Part shown: one piece after another, positions 8,909 through 18,419 of the stretch
Numbering within the stretch: position 1 is the first letter of the stretch
Layout: each line of letters opens with the position of its first letter
NCBI RefSeq assembly: GCF_004365815.1
Contig: NZ_SODD01000004.1
Location: forward strand, 60,001-92,000
DNA length: 32,000 nt
DNA from: Breznakia blatticola
GTDB lineage: Bacteria > Bacillota_I > Bacilli_A > Erysipelotrichales > Erysipelotrichaceae
Reading direction: 5' to 3'
Made by a program: the position numbers and the translations under genes
The notes under the pieces: model-generated
Database searches by the model: none
Told to the model about the DNA's origin: nothing
The model's input: the letters and a program-made list of their open reading frames with translations, nothing else

Positions 8909-9796
8909 ATGCAACAATATTTAGATTTATGTAAGTACATCTTATCAAATGGTGAAGACCGTGATGATCGTACAGGAACTGGAACACGTAGTGTATTTGG
9001 ATATCAGACACGTTATGATCTACGTGATGGATTTCCATTAATGACAACAAAAAAGATGTTTTTACGCCCGATTGCTGAAGAATTACTTTGGTTTTTAAAA
9101 GGCGATACAAACATTAAGTATTTAGTGGATCGTAATGTCCGAATATGGAATGAGTGGCCATATGAAAACTTCAAGAAAAGTGATGATTATCATGGGGAAA
9201 CATTAGAAGAGTTTGTTGAGTTGGTTAAAAGTCATGATGCAGATAGCGAATTTGTGAAAGTGCATGGAGCACTGGGACCAGTTTATGGTGCACAGTGGCG
9301 TGACTTTAACGGAGAAGGTATTGATCAAATCCAGGAACTTGTTGATGGGTTGATTAATAACCCATTCTCACGTCGTCATATCGTATGTGCTTGGAACCCT
9401 GCAAAAATCGATAAAATGGCACTTCCACCATGTCATGCGTTCTTACAATTCTATGTGAGTGCAGATAAAAAGTATTTATCTTGTCAGTTATATCAACGTA
9501 GTGCAGATGTATTCTTAGGTGTACCATTCAACATTGCTAGTTATGCACTAATGACTGCAATGCTTGCACAAGTTTGTGGATATGAAGCAAAAGAATTTGT
9601 ACACACAATTGGAGATGCACATATTTATAAAGATCATTTTGATGTGGTAAATGAACAACTTACACGTGTTCCATTACCAAAATGCAAATTGTCTTTAAAT
9701 TCAGAAGTGAAAAATATCTTTGATTTTACAATTGATGATATTAAAATCGAAAACTATGAAAGCTACGGAAAACTTGTCGGAAAGGTGAGTGTCTAA
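8909..9796 (+). CDS. thyA: Thymidylate synthase (ThyA type)
   Basis: MQQYLDL...[12 protein letters not shown], active-site [21 protein letters not shown]-type segment, and DAHIY. Confidence 0.95.
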   Translation: MQQYLDLCKYILSNGEDRDDRTGTGTRSVFGYQTRYDLRDGFPLMTTKKMFLRPIAEELLWFLKGDTNIKYLVDRNVRIWNEWPYENFKKSDDYHGETLEEFVELVKSHDADSEFVKVHGALGPVYGAQWRDFNGEGIDQIQELVDGLINNPFSRRHIVCAWNPAKIDKMALPPCHAFLQFYVSADKKYLSCQLYQRSADVFLGVPFNIASYALMTAMLAQVCGYEAKEFVHTIGDAHIYKDHFDVVNEQLTRVPLPKCKLSLNSEVKNIFDFTIDDIKIENYESYGKLVGKVSV

Positions 9797-10266
9797 TGGT
9801 TTCACTAGTAGTTGCAATGGGTGATAATCGGGTTATTGGTAAAGATGGATGGATGCCTTGGAATTTACCAGAAGATTTAAAAGTCTTTCGTAGCATTACA
9901 TTAGATCACAATATTGTAATGGGACGTACGACTTTTGATAGTATGAAAAAGCCATTACCAAGACGTCACACTTATGTCGTAACAAGAAATACAGAGTATA
10001 CATACGATCATGAAGCTGTAACGATAACACATGATTTAAAAGCGCTATTAGAGACATTTAAAAATAATGAAGATGTCATATATGTAGCTGGTGGTGCCCA
10101 AATTTATACAGAAGCGTTACCCTATGTAGATGAAATGTGGATTTCTTTAGTAGATGAACACTATGAAGGAGATACATTTTTCCCAGCTTTTGATCCAAAT
10201 GATTTTATCGTAGTAACAAAAGAAAAAAAGGAAGGATTTACGTTAATACACTATCGTAAAAAGTGA
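9796..10266 (+). CDS. folA: Dihydrofolate reductase
   Basis: VVAMGDNRVIGKDGWMPWNLPEDLKVF, GRTTFDS and VAGGAQIY. TAATG overlap with thyA. Confidence 0.9.
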   Translation: MVSLVVAMGDNRVIGKDGWMPWNLPEDLKVFRSITLDHNIVMGRTTFDSMKKPLPRRHTYVVTRNTEYTYDHEAVTITHDLKALLETFKNNEDVIYVAGGAQIYTEALPYVDEMWISLVDEHYEGDTFFPAFDPNDFIVVTKEKKEGFTLIHYRKK

Positions 10267-10273
10267 GAAGGAA

Positions 10274-11572
10274 ATGAACATTGTTGAAATAATTGAAAAA
10301 AAACGTGATAGACACGAATTAAGTTCACAAGAAATTGCATACTTTGTGGAGAGTTATGCAAAAGAAGAAATCGCAGAATATCAAGCCAGTGCATTGTTGA
10401 TGGCAATTTATTTACGTGGGATGAGTGATCGTGAATTATCTGACTTAACCAAAGATATGATTGCAACAGGTAAGGTATATGACTTTAGTGATTTGGAAGG
10501 TATCTTTGTTGATAAACACAGCACGGGTGGTGTTGGTGATAAGACAAGCCTTGTACTTGCGCCAGTACTTGCAGTATGTGGTTTAAAAGTTGCTAAAATG
10601 AGTGGACGTGGTCTTTCTTTTACTGGAGGAACACTGGATAAACTAGAATCAATTCCAGGCTTTCAAGTAGCCATCTCTGAAGAAGACTTCAAGAAACAAG
10701 TAAGTGAAATTGGATGTGCCATTATCGGACAAAGCAACGATATGGTGTATGCAGATAAAAAAATGTATGCATTACGTGATGTTACAGGTACTGTAAGTAG
10801 TATTCCATTAATTGCATCAAGTATTATGTCTAAAAAACTAGCTGCAGGAAGCGATGTGATTTTACTTGATGTGAAGTGTGGGGATGGAGCATTTATGAAA
10901 GATGTTGAAAGTGCTACAGAACTTGCTAAACGTATGATTCAAATTGGTAAAGATGCAGGAAAAGTTGTGAATGCAGAAATCACAAGTATGAATGATGTCT
11001 TAGGAAGCATGGTTGGTAACTCATTAGAAGTACTTGAAGCAATCGAAACATTGCAAGGTAAAGTACATAATGATTTCTATGAACTTTGTGTACACTCTGC
11101 TGTTACATTGTTGCAATCATCAGGAATTTGTACAGATGAAAAAGCAGCACACGACATGGTAGTAAAAACGTTAAATGATGGTTCAGCACTTGCTAAATTT
11201 AAAGAAATGGTCGCAAGTCAACACGGAGATACAAGTGTAGTTGATGATCCATCAAAACTTACAATTAGTGATAAAACAATCGAAGTACTTGCAGATACAA
11301 GTGGATATATTTCAAAAATCCATGTAGAAGGAATTGGTTTACTAGGATGTGCTTTAGGTGCAGGACGTATGCGTATTGAAGATGCAATTGATCACAGTGT
11401 TGGTATTGAAGTATATAAGAAACATGGTGATGCAATTGAAGCTGGTGAAGCTTTATGTAAACTGTACTACAATGAAGTATTTGATGAATCATTTGTAAAA
11501 CAAGCAAAAGATTGTTTCACAATTTCAAAAGAACCAGTGGAAGTAGAACCACTAATTTACACAGTATTATAA
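10274..11572 (+). CDS. pdp: Pyrimidine-nucleoside phosphorylase
   Basis: IIEKKRD...L, the glycosyl-transferase family-3 core motif DKHSTGGVGDKTSL, and the SGRGL.FTGGTLDKLESIPG motif. Confidence 0.9.
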   Translation: MNIVEIIEKKRDRHELSSQEIAYFVESYAKEEIAEYQASALLMAIYLRGMSDRELSDLTKDMIATGKVYDFSDLEGIFVDKHSTGGVGDKTSLVLAPVLAVCGLKVAKMSGRGLSFTGGTLDKLESIPGFQVAISEEDFKKQVSEIGCAIIGQSNDMVYADKKMYALRDVTGTVSSIPLIASSIMSKKLAAGSDVILLDVKCGDGAFMKDVESATELAKRMIQIGKDAGKVVNAEITSMNDVLGSMVGNSLEVLEAIETLQGKVHNDFYELCVHSAVTLLQSSGICTDEKAAHDMVVKTLNDGSALAKFKEMVASQHGDTSVVDDPSKLTISDKTIEVLADTSGYISKIHVEGIGLLGCALGAGRMRIEDAIDHSVGIEVYKKHGDAIEAGEALCKLYYNEVFDESFVKQAKDCFTISKEPVEVEPLIYTVL

Positions 11573-11603
11573 GATTTATGAATAAAGAAGGGAGTGGCAA
11601 AAG

Positions 11604-13469
11604 ATGAAAATCGCTTTAGCCCAAATGAATGTGGTAGCAGGTAAGTGTGAACAAAACTTCCAATCCATGGAACGTTGTATCGCTCAAGCCAAAGATGATG
11701 GAGTCGATATCATCGTATTTCCAGAAATGTGTATTTCTGGATATCTATTGCAAGATAAGTTATTAGATGAAGCATTTTGTGCGTACGTACATAGCTTTAA
11801 TGAGCGAATCCTTGCCTTAAGTGATACGATTGGTATTATCTATGGAAACCTGTATCATGGCGCTCTAGAAGGGATAGAAAAAGGTCGTGATGGACGAATC
11901 TTGCGTTGTAATTGTGCATTCTTTGCGCATAATCAACGTTGGGTAAAAAAAGAAAACGGAATCATGGATGGAATGCACATCAAGCATTTAAATCCAGATT
12001 ATCGAATCTTTGATGATTCACGTTTCTATTTAAGCGGGATGGAGGTAAGTAATTATCTCTATAAGAAAATGGATGCACTCATCTCACCATTCCTATTTAC
12101 AACAAAAGATAAAACCTATCGAATTGGACTTGAAGTTTGTGAAGATATTTGGTCATATGATTACAGTGTCGATCCTACGAAGATACTTGCGAATCAAGAT
12201 GTTGATTTTATTGTGAATGTATCAGCGAGTCCATATACACGCAATAAAGAAATTTCACGAAATAAACAACTGCTGAAACATGCAAGTGAGCTTGGTGATA
12301 AAATGCCAATGGTTATTTATGTAAATGCAGTTGGTATGCAAAACAATGGTAAAAATGTAATTGTATTTGATGGAGATTCTACTGTATTTGATACAAGAGG
12401 AAAACCAATCTTCGCATGTAATGATGGATTCAAAGAAGAATATGCAGTTTATGATTTCCATAGCATTCGTTTAGATTCGTTCTGTGAAAATAAAATACTT
12501 GAAGCACTTACAGTTGCTTTATATGAATTTGATAAGCAAATGTTTCCATTTCAACCAAAGTGGATTATTGGTTTAAGTGGAGGCATTGATAGTTGTATCA
12601 ATGCAGGTTTACTTGTAAAAGCATTAGGAGCAAACCGTGTGGTTGGTTATAACTTAGCCACAAAATACAATAGCGATCTTACAAAAAACAATGCAAAACA
12701 AGTTGCTGATACATTAGGTATTGAATTACGAAATGGTTCCATTGAAGAAGTTGTTGGGGCTACTGAAAAAACAGCACAGATGTATGGCTATGAAAAACCA
12801 TATCCATCACTCGTTGTAGAAAATATTCAAGCTAGAGTTCGTGGACATATGTTAAGTACATTTGCAGCACTTGAAGGCGGAGTAATTGTAAATAATGCCA
12901 ATAAAGTGGAAATAGCAGTTGGATACTGCACACTCTATGGTGATAGTATTGGTGCTATTTCACCAATTGGAGATTTAACGAAAGTAGAAGTATTTGAACT
13001 TGCTAAACAAATCAATGCATACTTTGGAAAGGAAGTAATTTCAAAAACACTCATTCCTGAAATTAAGGATGGAATGTTGGATTGGAAAATGCCTCCTAGT
13101 GCAGAATTGAAAGATGCACAAATTGATCCAATGAAATGGTATTATCATGATGAATTGATTCATCGTTTCTTTGATTATCCAACGATGAATGTGGAAGCCT
13201 ATTTAGAAAACTATCTTGATGGCAGTATTTATGATGAAGAAATTGGTAAGTGGATACGATACTATCATTTAGATGATGGAAAAGCATTTATTGAAGATTT
13301 GGAGTGGTTTTTAAAGCAAATCGCAAATTCTGTCTTCAAACGAATCCAAATGCCACCGATTGTTAGTTTAAGTCGTGGAGCCTTTGGAAATGACTATCGA
13401 GAAGCACAACTCGGTGTGATTCAAAGTAAACGCTATCAAGAATTGAAAGAAAAGATACTCTTGCGTTGA
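11604..13469 (+). CDS. nadE: Glutamine-dependent NAD+ synthetase (CN-hydrolase domain fused to NadE domain)
   Basis: N-terminal nitrilase-like domain (KIALAQMN, FPEM, EVCEDIW) plus the PP-loop GLSGGIDS in the C-terminal synthetase domain. Confidence 0.9.
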   Translation: MKIALAQMNVVAGKCEQNFQSMERCIAQAKDDGVDIIVFPEMCISGYLLQDKLLDEAFCAYVHSFNERILALSDTIGIIYGNLYHGALEGIEKGRDGRILRCNCAFFAHNQRWVKKENGIMDGMHIKHLNPDYRIFDDSRFYLSGMEVSNYLYKKMDALISPFLFTTKDKTYRIGLEVCEDIWSYDYSVDPTKILANQDVDFIVNVSASPYTRNKEISRNKQLLKHASELGDKMPMVIYVNAVGMQNNGKNVIVFDGDSTVFDTRGKPIFACNDGFKEEYAVYDFHSIRLDSFCENKILEALTVALYEFDKQMFPFQPKWIIGLSGGIDSCINAGLLVKALGANRVVGYNLATKYNSDLTKNNAKQVADTLGIELRNGSIEEVVGATEKTAQMYGYEKPYPSLVVENIQARVRGHMLSTFAALEGGVIVNNANKVEIAVGYCTLYGDSIGAISPIGDLTKVEVFELAKQINAYFGKEVISKTLIPEIKDGMLDWKMPPSAELKDAQIDPMKWYYHDELIHRFFDYPTMNVEAYLENYLDGSIYDEEIGKWIRYYHLDDGKAFIEDLEWFLKQIANSVFKRIQMPPIVSLSRGAFGNDYREAQLGVIQSKRYQELKEKILLR

Positions 13470-13476
13470 TTTTCTT

Positions 13477-13504
13477 TTGCATTTGCACGGTTTTATAATA
13501 TAAT
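13477..13504 (+). promoter_or_regulatory. Candidate sigma-A promoter for comN-like/secDF
   Basis: TTGCAT (13477-13482), 16 nt spacer, TATAAT (13499-13504). Confidence 0.35.
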
Positions 13505-13532
13505 AAAACATGGTATTTAAGGAGTGAGGGAA

Positions 13533-13829
13533 TTGAATAAGGACAATATTGTCAATGACAAGGATGTCCGTTTGGCACTAACGCTTAAAACAAGTCAGTT
13601 GAAACGTGAACAAATCAAAAATATAACGTATCAGCAAGTCGTGAAAACGATGAAAGAATTTGTTTGGAAGAATAAGACCATTCGACATGTCCATGATGCA
13701 GTAAATGATGTTATGTCATTACAGGCATCAACCGTGGTCGCATACTTGTCGTATTGTGCAATTGAAAAAGGATCAAGCATGGGACTTGATAAAATCGAAG
13801 GGGTTATGAGAGGAGATTTGGATGAATAA
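13533..13829 (+). CDS. ComN/YrzD-like post-transcriptional regulator family protein
   Basis: About 100-aa ORF immediately upstream of secDF and overlapping it by 8 nt, which is the position of comN (yrzD) in B. subtilis. The W-containing helical core (VVKTMKEFVWKNK...VNDVMSL) fits that family loosely. The start is probably TTG 13533, 8 nt after AAGGAG (13519-13524), rather than GTG 13524, which overlaps the RBS. Confidence 0.5.
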   Translation: MNKDNIVNDKDVRLALTLKTSQLKREQIKNITYQQVVKTMKEFVWKNKTIRHVHDAVNDVMSLQASTVVAYLSYCAIEKGSSMGLDKIEGVMRGDLDE

Positions 13830-16113
13830 AAAAAGACTCGTTGTCTTTCTGGTATCGGTAATAGCGATTATTGGAATTGTGGGTGTAAGCGCAAAACCAG
13901 CAATAGACAACATGAACCTAGGATTAGACTTAAAAGGTGGATTTGAAATTTTATATGAAGTATCACCACTAGAAGGTTCAGAAACAAAAAAAGTGGATAT
14001 GGCAGCAGTAGCAAGCTCTGTATCAAAACGTGTAAATGTACTTGGAGTAAGTGAACCAGATATCACAGTTGAAGGGGATCGTATTCGTGTACAATTAGCA
14101 GGTGTACAAGATAATGAACAAGCACGTAATGTAATTTCTAGTAGTGCAGTACTTTCATTTAGAGATACATCTGACAACTTATTAATGGATGCAACGGTTT
14201 TAAAAGATGGTGGTGCATCATTAGCTTTTAATGAAGGAAAACCAATTGTTAACTTGAAAATTGCAGATACAGCTAAATTTTATGAAGTGACTTCTGCACT
14301 TTCACAAACATCAGATAAATTGATGGTTACTTGGTTGGATTACCAAGAAGGACAACGTTATGCTGAAGAAGCAACAAAAGCAGAGACAGAAGAAGGTCCT
14401 GCATATATTTCTGCAGCGAAAGTAAGTGAAGGTTTAAATTCAGAAACGGTAATGATTTCTGGTAACTTTACCGAAGAAGAAGCACAAGAACTTGTTGATT
14501 TATTAAACTCAGGATCTTTAAACTTCCAAATGAAAGAAATTTACTCGAATGTAGTAAGTCCTAATTTGGGAGAAGGTTCATTTGAATCAACAATGTTAGC
14601 TGGTGGAATTGGTATTGTTGCTATCGCGATTTTATTAATTGCACTATACCGTTTCTGTGGATTTATTTCTGCGCTTTCTGTAGCGATTTACTTAGTATCA
14701 ACATTAGCTTTATATACACTATTAGGAGGAGTATTTACACTTAGTGGTATTGCTGCCTTAGTTCTTGGTGTAGGTATGGCTGTTGATAGTAGCGTTATTA
14801 CATTTGAAAGAATTAAAGATAGTTTATACGCTGGACGTAGTGTGAAAAATGCCTTTAAAGAAGGTAGTCATAACTCACTATCAACAATTCTTGATTCACA
14901 AATTACAACCATGATTGCTGCATTAATTCTTTATATTTTCGGAACAGGAAGTGTTAAAGGATTTGCGACAATGTTGCTTATCTCAACAATTCTAGCAGTT
15001 GTATTTAACGTAACATTGGTACGTTTCTTACTTGGACAAGTTGTAAAAAGTGGATACCTTGATAACAAAAAATCTTGGTTTGGAATTAAGGAAGATTACA
15101 TTCCAAATGTGCAAAGAGGAGAAACATACGAAGATCACTCACCATGGAAAAACTTTGACTTTGTTGGTAAAGCAAAATACTTTATTGCAATTTCAGCAGC
15201 TGTAATGGTGTTAGGAATTGGATCTATGGGATTCAATGGAATGAAGGGTGATGGTGTCTTTAACTTTGGTATCGATTTCTCAAGCGGTACAAAAATCACT
15301 TTAGAAAGCAAAGGTGGTTTAAAAGCTGATACCTTACAAAAAGAATTCGAGAAACTAGGTGTTGAACCTAGTGATATTACACTTTCAGGAAAAAACAATG
15401 AAATTGCATCTGTATCAATTAAAAAAGCGATTACAGAAGAGCAACGTGAACAAATTTCAGATTATATGACAGACACATATAAGGAAATTGAAGTATCAGA
15501 TTCTACAGTTTCTCCAATTGTCGGTCGTGAATTAGTTAAAAATGCGATTATTATGTCATTACTATCTTGGCTTGCAATTCTAATTTATGTAAGTATCCGA
15601 TTTAAATGGGACTTTGCAGTTAGTGGAATTGTTGCCTTGATTCATGATGTGTTTGTTATTCTTGCAGTATTTGCAATAACACGTATGGAAGTTACAACAG
15701 ATGTTATTGCCGTATTGCTGACAATCATTGGATATAGTATTAATGACTCGATTGTAATCTTTGATAGAATGCGTGAAAACTTGAAAGGATTTACGCGTAA
15801 ACAACCATCGCAAGAACAACTACGTGATATTGTAAATGTATCATTACGTGAAACATTTGGACGTTCCGTTGTAACTGCATCAACTACGATTTTACCAGTT
15901 ATTGCACTACTTGTTTTTGGTAGCCGTAACATCTTCCAATTCAACGTAGCACTTCTTGTTGGACTAGTTGGTGGTTGTGTATCATCATTATTTATCGCAC
16001 CACAACTTTGGTATGTGTTACGTTTAAAATTTAAAGTTAAAAACAAACCAAAGAAAAAACAAAAGAAATTAAAAGGACCACAAGAACGTATTATTCCTGG
16101 GGTTAACGATTAA
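13822..16113 (+). CDS. secDF: Fused protein-export membrane protein SecDF
   Basis: 763 aa. N-terminal TM, a large extracytoplasmic domain (LGLDLKGG) and a 6-TM block are followed by a second periplasmic domain (GIDFSSGT) and another 6-TM block. Confidence 0.95.
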   Translation: MNKKRLVVFLVSVIAIIGIVGVSAKPAIDNMNLGLDLKGGFEILYEVSPLEGSETKKVDMAAVASSVSKRVNVLGVSEPDITVEGDRIRVQLAGVQDNEQARNVISSSAVLSFRDTSDNLLMDATVLKDGGASLAFNEGKPIVNLKIADTAKFYEVTSALSQTSDKLMVTWLDYQEGQRYAEEATKAETEEGPAYISAAKVSEGLNSETVMISGNFTEEEAQELVDLLNSGSLNFQMKEIYSNVVSPNLGEGSFESTMLAGGIGIVAIAILLIALYRFCGFISALSVAIYLVSTLALYTLLGGVFTLSGIAALVLGVGMAVDSSVITFERIKDSLYAGRSVKNAFKEGSHNSLSTILDSQITTMIAALILYIFGTGSVKGFATMLLISTILAVVFNVTLVRFLLGQVVKSGYLDNKKSWFGIKEDYIPNVQRGETYEDHSPWKNFDFVGKAKYFIAISAAVMVLGIGSMGFNGMKGDGVFNFGIDFSSGTKITLESKGGLKADTLQKEFEKLGVEPSDITLSGKNNEIASVSIKKAITEEQREQISDYMTDTYKEIEVSDSTVSPIVGRELVKNAIIMSLLSWLAILIYVSIRFKWDFAVSGIVALIHDVFVILAVFAITRMEVTTDVIAVLLTIIGYSINDSIVIFDRMRENLKGFTRKQPSQEQLRDIVNVSLRETFGRSVVTASTTILPVIALLVFGSRNIFQFNVALLVGLVGGCVSSLFIAPQLWYVLRLKFKVKNKPKKKQKKLKGPQERIIPGVND

Positions 16114-16122
16114 ATGACATAT

Positions 16123-16162
16123 AGATTTCTCTGTGTATGCTATACATGGAGAAATCTTTTTT
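16123..16162 (+). terminator. Strong intrinsic terminator after secDF
   Basis: AGATTTCTC (16123-16131) pairs perfectly with GAGAAATCT (16149-16157). There is an inner TGTAT/ATACA helix, followed by a T6 run. Confidence 0.85.
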
Positions 16163-16218
16163 ACTTTAATGAAATTCGTGCTTTTACGGGTGATTTTATA
16201 TTGCTTACTAGTAAACTG

Positions 16219-16227
16219 TGATACAAT
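16219..16227 (+). promoter_or_regulatory. Extended -10 promoter (TGaTACAAT) placed 7 nt before the recJ ATG
   Basis: TGATACAAT read at 16219-16227, with TTGCTT at 16201-16206 (15-nt spacer). The ATG of recJ at 16234 lies where the transcription start would be expected. Confidence 0.5.
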
Positions 16228-16233
16228 ACTTTC

Positions 16234-17826
16234 ATGATATATGAAGAATATAAAGCAGATGATATAGCAAACATTGTCCAACAGTATCAAGTAGATCCAC
16301 TCGTGGCAAAAGTGTTTAGTTATAATCAACTTACGAAAGCTCAAATTGAGCAAATTTTATATGATACGAAAACAACAGAAGACTTATCATATACAGATGC
16401 TAAGCCAATTGTAGAACGATTACATCAAGCAAAAGTGAATGGTGAAAAAGTTCTTATTTGTGGAGATTATGATGCAGATGGGATTTGTTCAACAACCATC
16501 TTGTATGATGCACTACAAATCTTTGGAATTACTTGTGGATACTATATTCCAAATCGTTTTACAGAAGGATATGGATTAAACAAGAAAACCGTTGAGATGG
16601 CAATTGAAAAAGGCTATAAAATATTGATTACAGTGGATAACGGGGTGAAAGCTTTTGAAGCACTTGCATATGCAAAGCAACAAGGCCTAACAATTATCTT
16701 AACTGACCATCACAGCTATGAACAAGATGAACTGATCTGTGATTACTTTTTGCATCCACAAATCATGCAAGAAGAATTTCATCATTTATGTGGTGCAGGT
16801 GTAGCTTTCATGATTAGTCGTGCACTTATCGGACGACACGATTATCATACAACACTAGCGGCAATTGCCACTGTTGCAGATATGGTTGGTGTACTTGATG
16901 CCAATCGAATTATTATCAAGGAAGGTTTATCATTTCTTAACCAAAACTGGTTTGCGAATATTCAACTACTTGCAGATGATAAAAGCACATGGACAACAAC
17001 AAAAATCGGATTTCAAATTGCACCGAAGTTAAATGCGATTGGTCGATTAGCAGATAAAGCAAATGTAAATACAATTGTTCGCTACTTATTATTACAAAAT
17101 ATTGTGCAAATTGAACAAAGTGCAAAACAAATCAAATCAATTAATGGCTTACGTAAAGAAATCAGTGTTAAAAATGAAGCGATGGCATTACAAAAAGTAA
17201 ATGCTGATGATGATTTTATGGTTGCATACTCAAAAGATTTTCATGAAGGTCTTAATGGTATTGTTGCGATGAAGCTTACACAAACCTATGGAAAAAGTGC
17301 CATGGTTCTTTCCAATAAGGATGGAGTCTTAAAAGGAAGTATTCGTTCTGTTGGTTTAGATTTACGACAGGTGTTTAAAGATATGGATGATGTTTTGCTT
17401 GCATATGGTGGACATAAACAAGCAGCTGGTATTTCATTTTATGAAAAAGATATTGATACAATTTATCAGCACTTGCAAAAAATCGCAAAAGAAGAAAGTG
17501 TGGAAGATGTTGCAGTGTATATTCCTTTGCAAAATGAGGACTTAACCATTGATCGTATTGAAAAACTTGAAGCACTGGATCCTTTTGGAATTGATTTTGC
17601 AAAACCAAAGTTTGCATGTACGATTGATGAATTTCAAATGAGTACATTAAGCTATGGAAAACACTTGAAAATACAAACATCAAATATGGACTTTTTATAC
17701 TTTAATCATGGCCATGAATTAGCAAGTTATGAGCATAAAAAGTTGACTCTTATTGGCGATGTTTCAATAAATACGTTCCGTAATAAAAAAACAATAACCA
17801 TGATTGTAGAATCTGTGTTATTATAA
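16234..17826 (+). CDS. recJ: Single-stranded-DNA-specific exonuclease RecJ (short form)
   Basis: DHH-family motifs ICGDYDADGICS, TVDNG and TDHH, and DHHA1 GGHKQAAG. An in-frame TGA at 16219-16221 excludes any upstream start. No Shine-Dalgarno sequence is present. Confidence 0.9.
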   Translation: MIYEEYKADDIANIVQQYQVDPLVAKVFSYNQLTKAQIEQILYDTKTTEDLSYTDAKPIVERLHQAKVNGEKVLICGDYDADGICSTTILYDALQIFGITCGYYIPNRFTEGYGLNKKTVEMAIEKGYKILITVDNGVKAFEALAYAKQQGLTIILTDHHSYEQDELICDYFLHPQIMQEEFHHLCGAGVAFMISRALIGRHDYHTTLAAIATVADMVGVLDANRIIIKEGLSFLNQNWFANIQLLADDKSTWTTTKIGFQIAPKLNAIGRLADKANVNTIVRYLLLQNIVQIEQSAKQIKSINGLRKEISVKNEAMALQKVNADDDFMVAYSKDFHEGLNGIVAMKLTQTYGKSAMVLSNKDGVLKGSIRSVGLDLRQVFKDMDDVLLAYGGHKQAAGISFYEKDIDTIYQHLQKIAKEESVEDVAVYIPLQNEDLTIDRIEKLEALDPFGIDFAKPKFACTIDEFQMSTLSYGKHLKIQTSNMDFLYFNHGHELASYEHKKLTLIGDVSINTFRNKKTITMIVESVLL

Positions 17827-17842
17827 CAAATGAGGTATGAAA

Positions 17843-18358
17843 ATGGACTTAAAAAAATATATAGCTGAAATAGAAAACTTCCCAGTTGATGGGGTATTAT
17901 TTAGAGACATTACACCGCTTATGCAAGATGGAAAAGCATTCCGTGAAGCGTGTGATGCATTAATTGCATTTGCTCTTGAAGTAGGTGCTGAAGTGATTGT
18001 TGGACCTGAATCTAGAGGATTCATTTTTGGTTGTCCAGTTGCCTATGCATTAGGTATTGGCTTTGTGCCAATTCGCAAGCCTGGAAAACTACCAAGAAAG
18101 ACAGAATCAATTGCTTATGACTTAGAATATGGTTCAAATGAATTACATATTCATGCGGATGCAATTAAGCCTGGACAAAAAGTATTAATCATTGATGATT
18201 TGCTTGCAACAGGTGGAACTGTAAAAGCAACAATTGATTTAGTAGAACGTCTTGGTGGGGAAGTTGTAGGATGTGAATTCTTCAATGAACTTATGGAGTT
18301 AAAAGGTCGTGACTTATTAAAAGGTTACAAGATTAAATCAATTATTCAATATGACTAA
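17843..18358 (+). CDS. apt: Adenine phosphoribosyltransferase
   Basis: [14 protein letters not shown] and PRPP-binding [13 protein letters not shown]. The start is taken at ATG 17843, 7 nt after TGAGG (17831-17835), rather than 17837. Confidence 0.95.
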   Translation: MDLKKYIAEIENFPVDGVLFRDITPLMQDGKAFREACDALIAFALEVGAEVIVGPESRGFIFGCPVAYALGIGFVPIRKPGKLPRKTESIAYDLEYGSNELHIHADAIKPGQKVLIIDDLLATGGTVKATIDLVERLGGEVVGCEFFNELMELKGRDLLKGYKIKSIIQYD

Positions 18359-18378
18359 AAGTGCGAATGCACTTTTTT
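18357..18378 (+). terminator. Intrinsic terminator after apt (overlaps the stop codon)
   Basis: AAAAGTGC (18357-18364), loop gaat, GCACTTTT (18369-18376) extending into a T run. Confidence 0.7.
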
Positions 18379-18388
18379 CATAAGGTTA

Positions 18389-18397
18389 TGTTATAAT
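18389..18397 (+). promoter_or_regulatory. Extended -10 promoter (TGtTATAAT) upstream of relA
   Basis: TGTTATAAT read at 18389-18397. RBS AGAGGA lies before the ATG at 18420. Confidence 0.5.
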
Positions 18398-18419
18398 TTG
18401 TGTAATAAAGAGGAATTTT

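Noticed and set aside
8730-9110. A 126-aa minus-strand ORF across the rsuA/thyA junction.
   Set aside because: It is antisense to two strongly motif-supported genes, with no translation signals.
13773-14177. A 134-aa minus-strand ORF overlapping the comN-like 3' end and the secDF 5' end.
   Set aside because: It is antisense to secDF. Its Ser/Thr-rich, low-information sequence is typical of the reverse frame of a membrane-protein gene.
15642-16046. A 134-aa minus-strand ORF inside the SecF part of secDF.
   Set aside because: Same reasoning as above: no RBS, and it is fully embedded antisense in a conserved gene.
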